Source of the DNA: an uncultured Chloroflexia bacterium | GTDB taxonomy: Bacteria > Chloroflexota > Limnocylindria > Limnocylindrales > CSP1-4 | DNA: 64,000 bases | NCBI GenBank assembly: GCA_963707395.1 | Contig: CAVPPQ010000008.1 | Coordinates: 2,747-66,746, forward strand | Direction of reading: 5' to 3' | Shown: piece after piece, positions 44,412-54,135 of the stretch | Layout of the letters: every line of letters starts with the position of its first letter | How positions within the stretch are numbered: the first letter of the stretch is position 1 | The notes under the pieces: model-generated | What the model saw: the letters and a program-made list of their open reading frames with translations, nothing else | Told to the model about the DNA's origin: nothing | Database searches by the model: none | Position numbers and translations under genes: made by a program

Positions 44412-45371
44412 GTGCGCATCTCGGGCTCGCCGACCGTCGAAGGGGCGACGGCCGGCGAGCGACCCCTGCCCGGTGAGCCCGGCTCAGGGCGTGGCGGGCC
44501 GCTCGCCAGCGAACGACGCTGGGCCTGGCTCTTCCTGGCGCCTGCGCTCATCGGGCTCACCGTCCTCTCGGCCGGACCGATCCTGGCCACGCTGGCCATC
44601 AGCTTCACCGACTGGGACCTGCTGACCCCGCCCGAGTGGGTCGGCCTCACCAACTTCGCGGAGCTCATGGAGACGCCGCGCTTCTGGCGGGCGCTGCAGA
44701 ACACCCTCTTCTACACGCTGCTGTCGGTGCCCCTCGGGATGGCCATCGCGCTGGCCCTGGCCATGGGCCTCGACCAGGCCATCCGGGGCATCGCCTGGAT
44801 CCGCACCATGTATTTCCTTCCGCTCGTGACATCGGCGGTGGCCGTGGGTCTCGTGTGGCTCTGGATCTACGCGCCCGCGGGCGGGCTCCTGAACGTGCTG
44901 CTCTCCACCTTTGGCGTCCCCCCGCAGCGCTGGGTCAGCGACCCCTTCTGGGCCATGCCGGCCATCATCGTCATGAGCGTCTGGCAGGGCCTCGGCGTCA
45001 ACATCATCATCTTCCTGGCCGGCCTGCAGGCCATCCCGCAGGAGTATCACGACGCCGCCAGCGTGGACGGCGCGGGTCGCTGGGCGCGCTTCCGCGGCGT
45101 GACCATCCCCCTGCTCACCCCGAGCATCTTCTTCACCGGCATCCTGAGCCTCATCGGCGCGCTGCAGGTCTTCGACCAGGTCTATGTCCTGGCGCGGCCG
45201 GACAAGCCCACCAACTCCACCATCACGCTCGTCTACTTCATCTACGAGGAGGGCTTCAGCTTCTTCCGCATGGGCCGCGCCAGCGCGGCTTCGTGGATCC
45301 TGTTCCTCATCGCCTCCGGCTTGACCATCGTCTACTTCCGGCTGCAGCGGCGCTGGGTGCACTACCAGTGA
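44412..45371 (+). CDS. Carbohydrate ABC transporter permease (MalF type)
   Basis: GTG start. EAA loop EYHDAASVDGAGRWARFRGVTIPLLTP. Confidence 0.9.
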   Translation: MRISGSPTVEGATAGERPLPGEPGSGRGGPLASERRWAWLFLAPALIGLTVLSAGPILATLAISFTDWDLLTPPEWVGLTNFAELMETPRFWRALQNTLFYTLLSVPLGMAIALALAMGLDQAIRGIAWIRTMYFLPLVTSAVAVGLVWLWIYAPAGGLLNVLLSTFGVPPQRWVSDPFWAMPAIIVMSVWQGLGVNIIIFLAGLQAIPQEYHDAASVDGAGRWARFRGVTIPLLTPSIFFTGILSLIGALQVFDQVYVLARPDKPTNSTITLVYFIYEEGFSFFRMGRASAASWILFLIASGLTIVYFRLQRRWVHYQ

Positions 45372-46300
45372 GCGCCTCGGCGGCAACGCGCGCGTCAGTG
45401 GCCAGCGCCTCGAGCGGCGCTCATGCCGGCGGGCCCGGCCCTTGGCGTCGACGACTGCGCACGCTGGGCCTCTACACCATCCTCGTCGTGGGCGGGCTGA
45501 TCATGCTGCTGCCCTTCTTCTGGATGGTGGCCACCTCGCTCAAGACACGGGCGGAGGTCTTCAGCGCGCCCATGCTGGCCTTCCCGTCCGGGTTGCACTT
45601 CGAGAACTACGGGCGCATGTGGAACGCGCTGCCCGGCGTCACGTTCGGCGACTTCTTCATCAACTCGCTCAAGATCGCCACGCTCGCGACGATCGGCGCA
45701 CTGGTGAGCTGCTCGATGGCCGCCTTTGCCTTCGCCGTCCTGCCCTTCCGTGGCAAGGGGCTCCTGTTCGCGCTCATCATGGCCACGCTCATCATCCCCT
45801 TCCAGGTCGTGCTCGTCCCCAACTTCATCCTCTACCGGGCGCTGCCCCACCCGCTCTCGGACAGTGGCAACTGGATCGGCACGCAGGAGCCGCTCTGGGT
45901 CGGTGCCTGGCTGGGCGGCGCCTTCGGCATCTTCCTCATCCGCCAGTTCTTCCTCACCGTGCCGCGGGAACTGGCCGACGCCGCCCGCGTCGATGGCGCC
46001 AGCCCCTGGGGCATCTTCCGCTGGATCTACGTCCCGCTGGCCAGGCCCGTGCTGGCGACGCTTGCCATCTTCACCTTCATGTGGAGCTGGAACGACCTGC
46101 TCAGCCCACTCATCTACCTGCGCGACCTGCCCGACTACACGACCACGGTCGGGTTGGCCTTCTTCCAGGGCCAACATGTCGGCAAGTGGCCCGAGATGAT
46201 GGCCGGCGCCATGGTCAGCCTCGTGCCCATGGTGGCGCTGTTCGTCATCGCCCAGCAGTACTTCGTGCGCGGCATCGCCATCAGCGGGCTCAAGGGATGA
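45368..46300 (+). CDS. Carbohydrate ABC transporter permease (MalG type)
   Basis: GTG 45368 overlaps the preceding stop (GTGA). EAA loop ELADAARVDGASPWGIFRWIYVPLARP. Confidence 0.9.
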   Translation: MSASAATRASVASASSGAHAGGPGPWRRRLRTLGLYTILVVGGLIMLLPFFWMVATSLKTRAEVFSAPMLAFPSGLHFENYGRMWNALPGVTFGDFFINSLKIATLATIGALVSCSMAAFAFAVLPFRGKGLLFALIMATLIIPFQVVLVPNFILYRALPHPLSDSGNWIGTQEPLWVGAWLGGAFGIFLIRQFFLTVPRELADAARVDGASPWGIFRWIYVPLARPVLATLAIFTFMWSWNDLLSPLIYLRDLPDYTTTVGLAFFQGQHVGKWPEMMAGAMVSLVPMVALFVIAQQYFVRGIAISGLKG

Positions 46301-47058
46301 GCGCCGTGCGGATGGACAGGGGGGTCAGCCAGATGATCGACGTGGCCGGGGTGCCGCTCTATCGCCAGATCCAGTCGGAGCTTCGCGAGCGCATCGCCAG
46401 CGGCGAGCTGCCGCCGGGCAGTCGCCTGGAGACCGAGCAGGAGCTCATGGCGCGCTACGAGGTCAGCCGCGCGACCGTGCGCCAGGCCCTGGCCGGGCTC
46501 GTCAACGAGGGGTTCGTGGAGATCCACCGCGGCCTCGGCACCTATGTGCGCAAGGCCGCCGTGGAGCACCGCCTGGGTGGCTTCTACAGCTACAGCCGCG
46601 AGATCGAGCGACACGGCATGCGGCCCGGCACGCGGGTGCGCAGCCTGCGCCTCGAGGAGGCCGGCCCGCGCGTGGCGGCCGTCCTGGAGATCGATCCGGG
46701 CGATGCCGTGGTGGCTCTCAGCCGCATCCGGCTGGCCGATGACGAGGCCATCGTGACCGAGACGAGCTACCTGCCGGCCGACCGCTTCGGCGGGCTGGAA
46801 GGACTCGACTTCAGCCGCCGCAGCCTGTACGAGACGCTCACCTCGGAGTTCGGCGTGCGACCGGTGCGGGCGCGCGAATCCTTCGAGCCCGTGCTCTTGA
46901 CCAAGACCGAGGCGGCCGAGTTGGGCGGCACTGCGGGCAGCCCCGCCCTGCGGGTCGAGCGCACGACGTACGATGGCGACGGTCACGTCATCGAGTACTG
47001 CCGCAGCACGCTGCGGGCCGATCGCTACCACTACTCGGTCGAGCTGGGTGACGTGTGA
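46297..47058 (+). CDS. GntR-family transcriptional regulator, HutC subfamily (UTRA effector domain)
   Basis: ATG 46297 overlaps the permease stop (ATGA). The HTH is PLYRQIQSELRERIASGELPPGSRLETEQELMARYEVSRATVRQAL, followed by a UTRA-like C-terminal domain. Confidence 0.9.
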   Translation: MSAVRMDRGVSQMIDVAGVPLYRQIQSELRERIASGELPPGSRLETEQELMARYEVSRATVRQALAGLVNEGFVEIHRGLGTYVRKAAVEHRLGGFYSYSREIERHGMRPGTRVRSLRLEEAGPRVAAVLEIDPGDAVVALSRIRLADDEAIVTETSYLPADRFGGLEGLDFSRRSLYETLTSEFGVRPVRARESFEPVLLTKTEAAELGGTAGSPALRVERTTYDGDGHVIEYCRSTLRADRYHYSVELGDV

Positions 47059-47111
47059 CCAGCAACCTCCACGATCCCGATCCCTGATGCCCTGCAGCCC
47101 GAGGTGACGCC

Positions 47112-48194
47112 ATGACCAACCTCCACACCGCCGCCCCCGCCGCCGCAACGGCACCCACGACGGCCGCCGCGGTCCGTGCCGCCGTGCAAGCCACCACCGC
47201 CTGGCGCGAGGCCAGCACCGGTGGCCAAGCCATCTCGGCTGCGCTCGAGGTGGCGCGCCAGGCGCCCACGGAGATCCTGGATGCCCTCGCGGGCGCGTCG
47301 CAGGTCATCATCACCGGCGCCGGATCCTCCTACTACATCGCCCAGGTGGCGGCCGTCGCGCTGCGGGCCAGGTGCGGGCTGCCCGCCGTGGCGGCCCCGC
47401 TGTCCGAGGTGCTCCTGCGCCCGGAGGCCGTCTTCGGACCCGGCGAGCCCTCCCGCCAGCCGGTCATCGTGGTCTCCCGGTCGGGCTCTACGACGGAGGC
47501 GCTGGACGTCGTCCATCTCGTCCAGGAGCGCGGGGCCCCCGCCATCGCCGTGACCTGCCGACCGGAGAGCCCCATGGCGCTGCTGGCCACGATGACCTTG
47601 GCCGTTCCCGAGGGTGATGAGACAGCCATCGTCATGACGCGCTCATTCGCCTCGCAAGCGGCCCTCATCATGCGGCTCGGGGCGCGCCTGGGTGATCGGG
47701 CGTTCGCCGCCGCCCTGGATGCCCTCCCGTTGCGCTGGGGGGAGCTGGCGCCGTTCATCGAGCGCGCCTTCGAGCTCGCCGCAACGAACCCGACACGTCT
47801 CATCGTGCTCGGCGGCGGCGCTGCCCACGGCCTGGCCAACGAGGCCGTCCTGAAGGCCACGGAGACGAGCCAGGTGCCAGCCTCCGCGTTCCATCCCCTC
47901 GAGTTCCGACACGGGCCCATCTCGGTCTGCGAGCCGGGCATGCTCGTGGTGGGCATCATGGGCGGCACCTCGGAGAGCGCCGAGCGGCGCGTGCTGGAGG
48001 AGTCGGCCGCCCTCGGCGCGACGACCTGGCTGCTGGGGCCGGACGGCCCGGCGGCCGATCTCGACGACATCGCTCGCCTGCCGCTCGTGCTGCACGTGCT
48101 TCAGGCCCTGGCCCTGGGCATCGCCGTGCGGCGCGGCCTGGACCCGGAGGCGCCGCGCCACCTCGCGCAGGTGGTCGTCATCGCGGACGCCTGA
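47112..48194 (+). CDS. Double-SIS-domain sugar-phosphate isomerase/deaminase (AgaS / FrlB / GlmS-C-like)
   Basis: 360 aa. Contains ITGAGSSYY, VVSRSGSTTE, a second SIS domain LGGGAAHGLANEAVLKATE, and EFRHGP. Confidence 0.85.
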   Translation: MTNLHTAAPAAATAPTTAAAVRAAVQATTAWREASTGGQAISAALEVARQAPTEILDALAGASQVIITGAGSSYYIAQVAAVALRARCGLPAVAAPLSEVLLRPEAVFGPGEPSRQPVIVVSRSGSTTEALDVVHLVQERGAPAIAVTCRPESPMALLATMTLAVPEGDETAIVMTRSFASQAALIMRLGARLGDRAFAAALDALPLRWGELAPFIERAFELAATNPTRLIVLGGGAAHGLANEAVLKATETSQVPASAFHPLEFRHGPISVCEPGMLVVGIMGGTSESAERRVLEESAALGATTWLLGPDGPAADLDDIARLPLVLHVLQALALGIAVRRGLDPEAPRHLAQVVVIADA

Positions 48195-48196
48195 GC

Positions 48197-48667
48197 GTGG
48201 CCAGCTCCGGATCGGGATCGAGCGGCCGCTCGGGCGGCCTTGATCCGGGCGGTCGAGGATGGGGCCTGCTGCGCTTCGAGATACCCACGACTCGACGCTC
48301 GCAGGCCATCGACATCACGCACCTCTTCACGTCACGCGGCTGGCCGGACGGGCTGCTGTTGGTGAGCGTCGAGCACACCACGGCGGCCATCTTCCTGGGT
48401 GAATCGGGCAGCGAGATGTTCGAGGACTACGAGCGCGTGGCGGCTCGCCTGGTGGCCGACGGCGGACCCTTCCGGCACGAGACGTGGAACCCCGGCAACG
48501 CGCAGGCGCACGTCCTCTCCAGCTTCCTGGGCACGCAGCTCCTGCTGCCCGTGACCGATGGCCGCCTGGACCTGGGGACCTGGCAGCGCGTCATCTTCCT
48601 GGAGCTGGACGGTCCCCGGCGACGCTCCATCGCCGTCGCCGGCCTGGCCACGCAGCCGTTGGGCTGA
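48197..48667 (+). CDS. YjbQ/UPF0047-family protein (secondary thiamine-phosphate synthase-like)
   Basis: Contains SVEHTTAAIFLGE, GNAQAHVLSSFLG and LGTWQRVIFLELDGPR. The true start may lie downstream of GTG 48197. Confidence 0.75.
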   Translation: MASSGSGSSGRSGGLDPGGRGWGLLRFEIPTTRRSQAIDITHLFTSRGWPDGLLLVSVEHTTAAIFLGESGSEMFEDYERVAARLVADGGPFRHETWNPGNAQAHVLSSFLGTQLLLPVTDGRLDLGTWQRVIFLELDGPRRRSIAVAGLATQPLG

Positions 48668-48672
48668 GCGCA

Positions 48673-48714
48673 GGCGCCCGGACCTCCGTTGGCGCCCGGA
48701 CTCCGTTGGCGCCC
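48673..48714. repeat. Short 17/18-bp tandem duplication in a convergent intergenic spacer
   Basis: The sequence is ggcgcccggacctccgtt ggcgcccggactccgtt ggcgccc. Confidence 0.8.
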
Positions 48715-48733
48715 AGCCGCGGGTGGCGACCCC

Positions 48734-49084
48734 CTAGCGGTCGATGCTGCCCAGCGGGGAGAGGTAGCTGACGTTGGCGAAGCCGAGCTCCTGGCGCAGG
48801 GCGTCGTTGACCTCGCCGATGACGTCCACGTGCACGACGGGCCCGGCGTCGAAGAGGGCGCCCACAAGGTCGGCCACGTTGCGGTTGTGGTAGACGAAGG
48901 CATCCGCGTCGCGGAAGACCTCGATGTTGACGCAGCGCAGGCCGTCGGCCGAGAGGTTCTGCTCGTAGCGCAGCGTGTCCGGCTCGCCGTTGGTGCGCTC
49001 GATGACCGTCGCTGCCGCTGCCTTGAAGTCCTCCGTCCGCCCGGGCTTGATCTCGAAGACCGGGATCAGCGTGACCTCTCCCAC
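48734..49084 (-). CDS. ABM-domain (antibiotic-biosynthesis-monooxygenase-like / quinol monooxygenase-like) protein
   Basis: ORF trimmed to GTG 49084 with AAAGGAG 7 nt upstream. 116 aa with a ferredoxin-like pattern (LIPVFEIKPGRTEDF...RYEQNLS...NIEVFRDADAFVYH). Confidence 0.7.
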   Translation of the reverse strand: MGEVTLIPVFEIKPGRTEDFKAAAATVIERTNGEPDTLRYEQNLSADGLRCVNIEVFRDADAFVYHNRNVADLVGALFDAGPVVHVDVIGEVNDALRQELGFANVSYLSPLGSIDR

Positions 49085-49167
49085 CGCTGTGCTCCTTTCA
49101 GCCGCCGACGCGGCTTGTCGCTGCGGCCGCCTCGGCGGCCATCTGTGAGGAACGCGCTGCGGCCCGC

Positions 49168-49986
49168 TCAACTGCCTGCAGCCGCCCGGCGTTGGCGCCG
49201 GGCCTCGTAGAAGAGTACGGCCGCGCTGGCCGAGACATTGAGGCTGTCCGCGAGCCCCAGCATGGGGATGCGCACGGCCGTCACGTCGTCGCCCGACCAG
49301 GCCGCGTCCAAGCCCGTGGTCTCCGCGCCGACGACGATGGCGACACCTCCCCGCAGGTCCACGGTGTCGTAGTCGACCGTGCCGTCCACGCGAGCCGTGA
49401 CGACGCCGAGGCCCTGCTGCCGCAGCCACCCCAGCGCCTCCGCCGAGGTGCAGACGGCCATGGGCAGGCTGAAGATGGTGCCCAGGCTGGCCCGGATGGC
49501 GTTGGGGTTCCAGGGGTCGCAGCGGGCGTTGGCGACGATGACGGCATCCACGCCGGCACCATCGGCCGAGCGCAGCAGGGCGCCCAGGTTGCCGGGCTTC
49601 TCCACCTGTTCCACGACGGCCACGAGCGCGCGCTCCGGCAGCGACAGCCGCTCCAGGGCGGTGGAGGGCTCCGCGGCCACGACGACGATGCCGTCGTCGC
49701 GGTCCCCGTAGGCCAGCGCGCCAAGCAGCGCCGGCGTGGTCGTCAGCAGCTCCGCCCCGGCCGCCCGCAGTCGCGGCAGCAGGGCGCCAGCCTCCACGCT
49801 GCGCACGAGCTCGGGCGCGATCCAGGCCTCGAGCACGTCCAGCCCGGCATCCAGGGCCCGCCCGATCTCACGCGCGCCATCCACCAGCAGCCGACCGCGC
49901 GAGCGCCGCTCCCTGGACTCCCGCAGTGCCAGGGCGGCCCTGAATCGCGGGTTCTGGCGGCTGCTGACGGCCGGGCTCTCTGCCAT
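49168..49986 (-). CDS. TrmH/SpoU-family RNA 2-prime-O-methyltransferase
   Basis: ORF trimmed to ATG 49986. Contains VEKPGNLGALLRSADGAG, VVGAETTGL and IPMLGLADSLNVSASAAVLFYE, the SPOUT motifs. Confidence 0.85.
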   Translation of the reverse strand: MAESPAVSSRQNPRFRAALALRESRERRSRGRLLVDGAREIGRALDAGLDVLEAWIAPELVRSVEAGALLPRLRAAGAELLTTTPALLGALAYGDRDDGIVVVAAEPSTALERLSLPERALVAVVEQVEKPGNLGALLRSADGAGVDAVIVANARCDPWNPNAIRASLGTIFSLPMAVCTSAEALGWLRQQGLGVVTARVDGTVDYDTVDLRGGVAIVVGAETTGLDAAWSGDDVTAVRIPMLGLADSLNVSASAAVLFYEARRQRRAAAGS

Positions 49987-50438
49987 CACTCGACGCCCGC
50001 CTGCGAGGCTTCCTCGATGGCCGCCCGCAGTTCGCGGGTCAGCTCCGGCGACCAGTCGGCGCCGAAGACGCGGAAGGTGGGGATGTCGAGGCGTGCGACC
50101 TGGGCGCCTGGATGAGCCGCCGCATAGACCGCCTGGCAGGCGTCGACCTCGGCCTGCGAGGCTGCCCACGACTTCTCGCGGTAGCTGTGCACATAGACGT
50201 CTCGCGGCTCGCGCTCATCGGGCAGGCGGGCCGTGAGGTACAGCGAGTTGGCGACCAGGTCCGCGTCGTCGCAGGCCGTCTGCCCGACCACGGGCTGGCT
50301 CACCACGATGCCGCGCCGCGCGATGGACCGCAGCACGTCCCGCTTGTTGCCCGGGTCGAAGGAGGGCTCGCTGAAGCTGTAGCAGCCGGACACGAGCAGG
50401 CCGCCCAGCGCGAGGGCGGCGAGCGACGAGCAGCGCAT
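49986..50438 (-). CDS. Hypothetical lipoprotein
   Basis: ORF trimmed to ATG 50438. MRCSSLAALALGGLLVSGC ends in a lipobox (LVSGC). No recognisable family. Confidence 0.6.
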   Translation of the reverse strand: MRCSSLAALALGGLLVSGCYSFSEPSFDPGNKRDVLRSIARRGIVVSQPVVGQTACDDADLVANSLYLTARLPDEREPRDVYVHSYREKSWAASQAEVDACQAVYAAAHPGAQVARLDIPTFRVFGADWSPELTRELRAAIEEASQAGVE

Positions 50439-50523
50439 GATGGACACCGTGCTAGCGTAGCCGCAGCGCCCCTCGAAGACGCGATCCACGGCCGGATCGG
50501 CCGATCGTCGCTACCATGCGCGG

Positions 50524-51833
50524 GTGCCCACGCTGAGACCGTTCCGTGCCCTGCGCTACGACGTGTCCTCGGGCGACCTCTCCGCGCTGCTCGCGCCGCC
50601 CTACGACGTCATCAGCCCAGCGCAGCGGCAGGAGCTCCTGGCGCGGCATCCCCACAACATCGTGCGCATCGAGCTGCCGGCCGACCTGGGCAGCGCCACC
50701 GACGACGACTACCGGTCTGCGGCCGAGACGCTGGCGGCCTGGCAGCGTGACGGCGTGCTGGTCCGCGACGCGTCCCCGATGGTGACCGTGCACCGCATGT
50801 CCTGGGCCGATGCCGATGGCCAGCGCCACACAGCGACCGGCGTGCTGGCCCAGCTGCACCTGGAAGCCTTCGGTCCCGGCGCCGGTGTCCTGCCCCACGA
50901 GCGCACGCTGGGCGGTCCCAAGCAGGACCGCCTGCGCCTCCTCGAGGAGACCCGCGCCAACACCAGCCCGGTCATCTTCCTGGCTGGTTCGGACCCGGCA
51001 CTGGCCGGCGCAGCCCTGGCCGGCCTGATCAGCCGACCGCCAGACGCCCGGGCGACCACCGCCGATGGCGTGGGTCACGAGCTTTGGGTCTGCCCTGGAT
51101 CCGTTGCGTCGGACGCCCTGGACGCCCTGTCTCGCGCCCCGCTGACCATCGCCGACGGCCATCACCGGTATGAGACGGCGCTCGCCTACCGAGATGCACG
51201 CCGGGCTGCAGCCGGAGCCCGCCGGCCGCCGCGTCAGACGACGCTGGCTGGGACTACCTCCTGGCGCTTGTCTATCCGCTGGACCAGTCGCCGCCGGTGC
51301 TGCCGACCCATCGCGTCGTCCGAGGTCGGCCCTGCGGGGACGACCTCCTGGAGCGCCTGGCCGCCTGGGCCTCCATCGAGCGCCTGGCCAGCCGGGAGGA
51401 CCTCCTGGCACGCATGGCGGAGGCGCCCGACCTCACGCCCGGCGCAACGGGCACCGGGCGTATCGGCTTGCTGACGCGCGACCGGGCCGCCCTGCTGACG
51501 ATCGACCGCCAGGCCGCCGCGGCGTTGCTGCCGGCCGGGCTGTCGGCGGCCTCCCGTGGGCTGGACGTCAACGCCCTCTCGACCATCATCGACCGGGCCT
51601 ACGGTGATGAGCCGGGCACCATGGCCGATGACGGTCGGCTGTGGTACGTGAAGGATGCCCGCGAGGCGACGCAACAGGTCGTGGACGAAGCGGCCTCGGC
51701 CGCCTTCCTGCTCGATGGGATGCCCACGGAGGCCATCACCCAGGTGGCGGCAGCCGGCGAGGTCATGCCGCAGAAGTCGACCTACTTCCACCCCAAGGCA
51801 CCCACCGGGCTGGCCATCAGCCCCGTGGCGTGA
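50524..51833 (+). pseudogene. DUF1015-family protein with a frameshift near 51200-51230 (one base missing)
   Basis: ORF 50524..51474 (PFRALRYD...APPYDVIS...ADGHHRYETALAYR) continues in ORF 51297..51833. Extended upstream, that frame reads DDAGWDYLLALVYPLDQSPPVLPTHRVV...YFHPK. The 1310-nt span equals 437 codons minus 1 nt. Confidence 0.8.
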
Positions 51834-51871
51834 CCAGGGAGTACGCACGGGACACAGGAGAGAGCGAGAGG

Positions 51872-52769
51872 ATGGACCCAGAGCCTCCCAGCGAGACGGC
51901 CGCCATCGCCGGCAACGGGCGCGGTTACCACGACGGCGACAACGGTCGACCGGTGGGCAAGCCCGTGCGCAAGGACGAGATCGTGCTCGAGGAGCGCGGC
52001 CTCTACGTCGAGTCGTGGCTGCCCGAGCGACGCTCCCGGCGCCGGCCGCTCTTCTACCTGCACGGCGAGCTGGCCGGCTCGTGGCTCTGGGAGCACTACC
52101 TGCGCTACTTCGCGCAGCGCGGCTGGGAGGGCCACGCGCTCAACCTGCGCGGCCACTTCTGGTCGGAGACCACGGCCCTCGAGGAGCTCGACTTCGGTAC
52201 CTACCTGGAGGACGTCATCGCGGGCTATGAGGCCCTGCACCGCCCGGCCGTGGTGGTCGGGCACGGCCTCGGTGGGCTCCTGGCCATGAAGCTCGCGGAG
52301 GCGCGCGAGGTCGACGCCCTGGTGCTGCTCAGCCCGGCCATCCCGTCGCCCGTGCGGCCCGTGCCGCCGCCCCACGTCGTGCGCCTCGTGCCGGCCATCT
52401 ACCAGGCTGAGCTCATCGACTGGGCCGGCACCCTCGAGCAGATCCAGCGCCAGAACCAGGACCTCAGCCTGGATGACGTGCGCCGCGTCCAGCACCTGCT
52501 GGGCGCTGAGAGCGGCTGCGGCCCGCCGCCAGATGCTGGCCGGCGTGCACGTCGACCGCGACCGCCTGCCGGACGTGCCGATGCTCGTCGTCGGCGCCGG
52601 TCTGGACCGCCAGTTCGCCGAGCTGGACAGCGCCCGACTGGCCGACTGGCTGGGCGCCGAGTACCAGCCCTTCGGCGCGCACTCCCACTACGGACTCGTC
52701 ATCGGCGAGCACAGCCACGACCAGGTCGCGGACACCATCCGCTCGTTCCTGGAGCACCATCGCCTCTGA
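51872..52769 (+). pseudogene. Alpha/beta-hydrolase-fold protein with a frameshift near 52511-52516 (one extra base)
   Basis: ATG 51872. It carries the nucleophile elbow VVGHGLGG, then reads ...RRVQHLLGAES in frame A. The sequence AAARRQMLAGVHVDRDRLPDVPMLVVGAGLDRQF...HYGLV... continues in frame B to 52769. Confidence 0.75.
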
Positions 52770-52869
52770 CGTCCGCACCGGCCGCGCGACCGGGCGCGTT
52801 CTGGGCTCAGGGCGCCCTGCAGCTGGACGCCCTCGCACGGGGTCGTGCTATCCTCTCGGCCGGAACCAC

Positions 52870-52946
52870 GCCGCATTCGTCTAGAGGCCCAGGACACCGC
52901 CCTCTCAAGGCGGAGACCACCGGTTCGAATCCGGTATGCGGTACCA
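52870..52946 (+). tRNA. tRNA-Glu: tRNA-Glu, anticodon CUC, with encoded CCA
   Basis: GCCGCAU-UC-GUCUAGAGGCCCAGGAC-A-CCGCC-CUCUCAA-GGCGG-AGACC-ACCGG-UUCGAAU-CCGGU-AUGCGGU-A-CCA. The D arm and anticodon stem are almost identical to E. coli tRNA-Glu. There is a G1-U72 wobble. Confidence 0.9.
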
Positions 52947-53085
52947 AGCGCATATCCCTACGCCCCCGGACCGCGCCCCGGGGGCGTTCTTCTTGCCCGA
53001 GGCGGCCTCGCCGGAGCGCGCCGGCCGCTAGAGTCACGAGCATGGGGAGGGACGAGCACTGGACGCCGAGGCACGCCGCCGCTAC

Positions 53086-54135
53086 GTGATCCTGGCCGAG
53101 GGCGCCTTCGGCGAGCTGCCCTCCAAGACGGCCATGGGCGTCATCGCCTACGGCCGCGACCCGGTGGTGGCCGTCATCGACAGTCAGCGCGCCGGCCGCG
53201 ACGTCTCCGAGTGGCTCGGCCCGGCGCACCGTGCGCCCGTCGTGGCGACCCTCGCGGAGGCGCTGGCGGAGCGTCCCACGGCGCTGCTCATCGGCATCGC
53301 CCCCCAGGGCGGCAAGATCCCGCCGGCCTGGCGGGCCATCATCGTGGCGGCCATCGAGCACGGCCTGGACATCGTCTCCGGCCTCCACGAGTTCGTCTCC
53401 GACGACCCGGAGTTCACCGCCCTGGCGGCCACCCACGGCGTGGAGCTGATCGACCACCGGCGCCCGCCGGAGCACCACGAGGTGGCCACTGGCCGCGCGC
53501 ACCGGCCGGGCAGCCGCGTCATCCTGACCGTCGGCAGCGACTGCGCCATCGGCAAGATGACGGTGGCCCTGGAGCTCCGCCGGGCGGCCCTTGAGGCGGG
53601 CCTGTCGGCGGTCTTCGTGCCCACCGGCCAGACCGGCATCATGATCGAGGGCTGGGGCGTGGCGGTCGACCGGGTCATCTCCGACTTCGTCAACGGCACC
53701 GCCGAGTGGCTCGTGGAACGCGCCGAGCAGATGGGCGACTGGATCTTCGTGGAAGGGCAGGGCTCCATCGACCACCCGGCCTACTCGGCCGTCACGCTGG
53801 GCCTCGTGCACGGCTGCGCCCCGCACGCCATGGTGCTGGTCCACCAGCCCGGGCGGCCCGGCCATCACGGCTGGGAGGGTCCAGACGGTCTCGGCTCGCC
53901 CGTCAAGACCGTGCCCCAGAACATCGCCCTCTACGAGGCGTTCGCGGCGGCGGTGACCCCGGCGCCCGTGGCGGCGGTGGCCCTCAACACGTCGCTCCTC
54001 GCTGAGGACGAGGCCCGGGCGGAGATCGCCCGGGTCGCCGCGGAGACCGGCCTGCCCGTGGACGACCCCTATCGCTTCGGGCCGCACGCCCTGTTCGATG
54101 CCCTGCGCAGCGCACTGGAGGAGACCGACCGATGA
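53086..54135 (+). CDS. DUF1611-family protein (DgcN-like putative D-glutamate N-acetyltransferase)
   Basis: 349 aa. Contains ILAEGAFG..KTAMGVI, VGSDCAIGKMTVALEL (P-loop-like) and FVEGQGSIDHPAYS. The start is uncertain: the frame is open from 53032 with no ATG, so I use GTG 53086. Confidence 0.8.
   Translation: MILAEGAFGELPSKTAMGVIAYGRDPVVAVIDSQRAGRDVSEWLGPAHRAPVVATLAEALAERPTALLIGIAPQGGKIPPAWRAIIVAAIEHGLDIVSGLHEFVSDDPEFTALAATHGVELIDHRRPPEHHEVATGRAHRPGSRVILTVGSDCAIGKMTVALELRRAALEAGLSAVFVPTGQTGIMIEGWGVAVDRVISDFVNGTAEWLVERAEQMGDWIFVEGQGSIDHPAYSAVTLGLVHGCAPHAMVLVHQPGRPGHHGWEGPDGLGSPVKTVPQNIALYEAFAAAVTPAPVAAVALNTSLLAEDEARAEIARVAAETGLPVDDPYRFGPHALFDALRSALEETDR

Noticed and set aside
52870-52946. 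tRNA-Glu as the attachment site of an integrated element (genomic island).
   Set aside because: There is no integrase, no direct repeat of the tRNA 3-prime end that I could see downstream, and the flanking genes are ordinary metabolic genes with the same GC and codon style.
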